A DNA stretch of 64,000 bases, from NCBI RefSeq assembly GCF_963676685.1, contig NC_092346.1, positions 35,712,001 to 35,776,000 of the forward strand, given 5' to 3'. Shown here piece by piece: positions 63,818 through 64,000 of this stretch. Under the pieces are notes generated by a model. That model was not told the DNA's origin. It saw only the letters and a program-made list of their open reading frames with translations, and made no database searches. The position numbers and the translations under genes are program-made. Origin of the DNA: Mytilus edulis (Eukaryota). Positions within the stretch are counted from its first letter, which is position 1; each line of letters opens with the position of its first letter.

Positions 63818-64000
63818 CTGAAAAGGTTCAAAAGGATATTTTGATAGCCTCTACATCTAATTTTAGTTTACGTGCTAACCCACAACTTATACACCATGAG
63901 CTCATACATATTATAATTTAAGTAAGCATTGAACTGAACATATTCGACACAATTTAATCTAGATCTATTGCAAAACTAGGTACCAAGATTATAATTTAGT

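Overview
AT-rich eukaryotic DNA with spliceosomal GT-AG introns. Gene content and repeats suggest a bivalve mollusc, probably Mytilus-like (inference). The window holds the last seven coding exons of CFAP61 (+). It then contains a tandemly repeated, head-to-head innate-immunity cassette made of an IFI44L-like TLDc+P-loop gene (-) and a RING-less B-box/coiled-coil/NHL TRIM-like gene (+): two complete IFI44L-like genes plus the last exon of a third, and one intact, one frameshifted and one fragmented TRIM-like copy. Between the cassettes sits a 9.25-kb TA-flanked IS630/Tc1/mariner element with ~200-bp TIRs, an intact DD38E transposase and a divergent SAM/zinc-knuckle passenger ORF. About ten minimal type-I hammerhead ribozyme motifs are present, including a tandem pair 356 nt apart (retrozyme-like) on the sense strand of a predicted IFI44L intron. 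There are also decayed Penelope-like retroelements, a solo LTR, MITEs and helentron-like repeats. All exon boundaries and alignments were read by eye; no searches were run.
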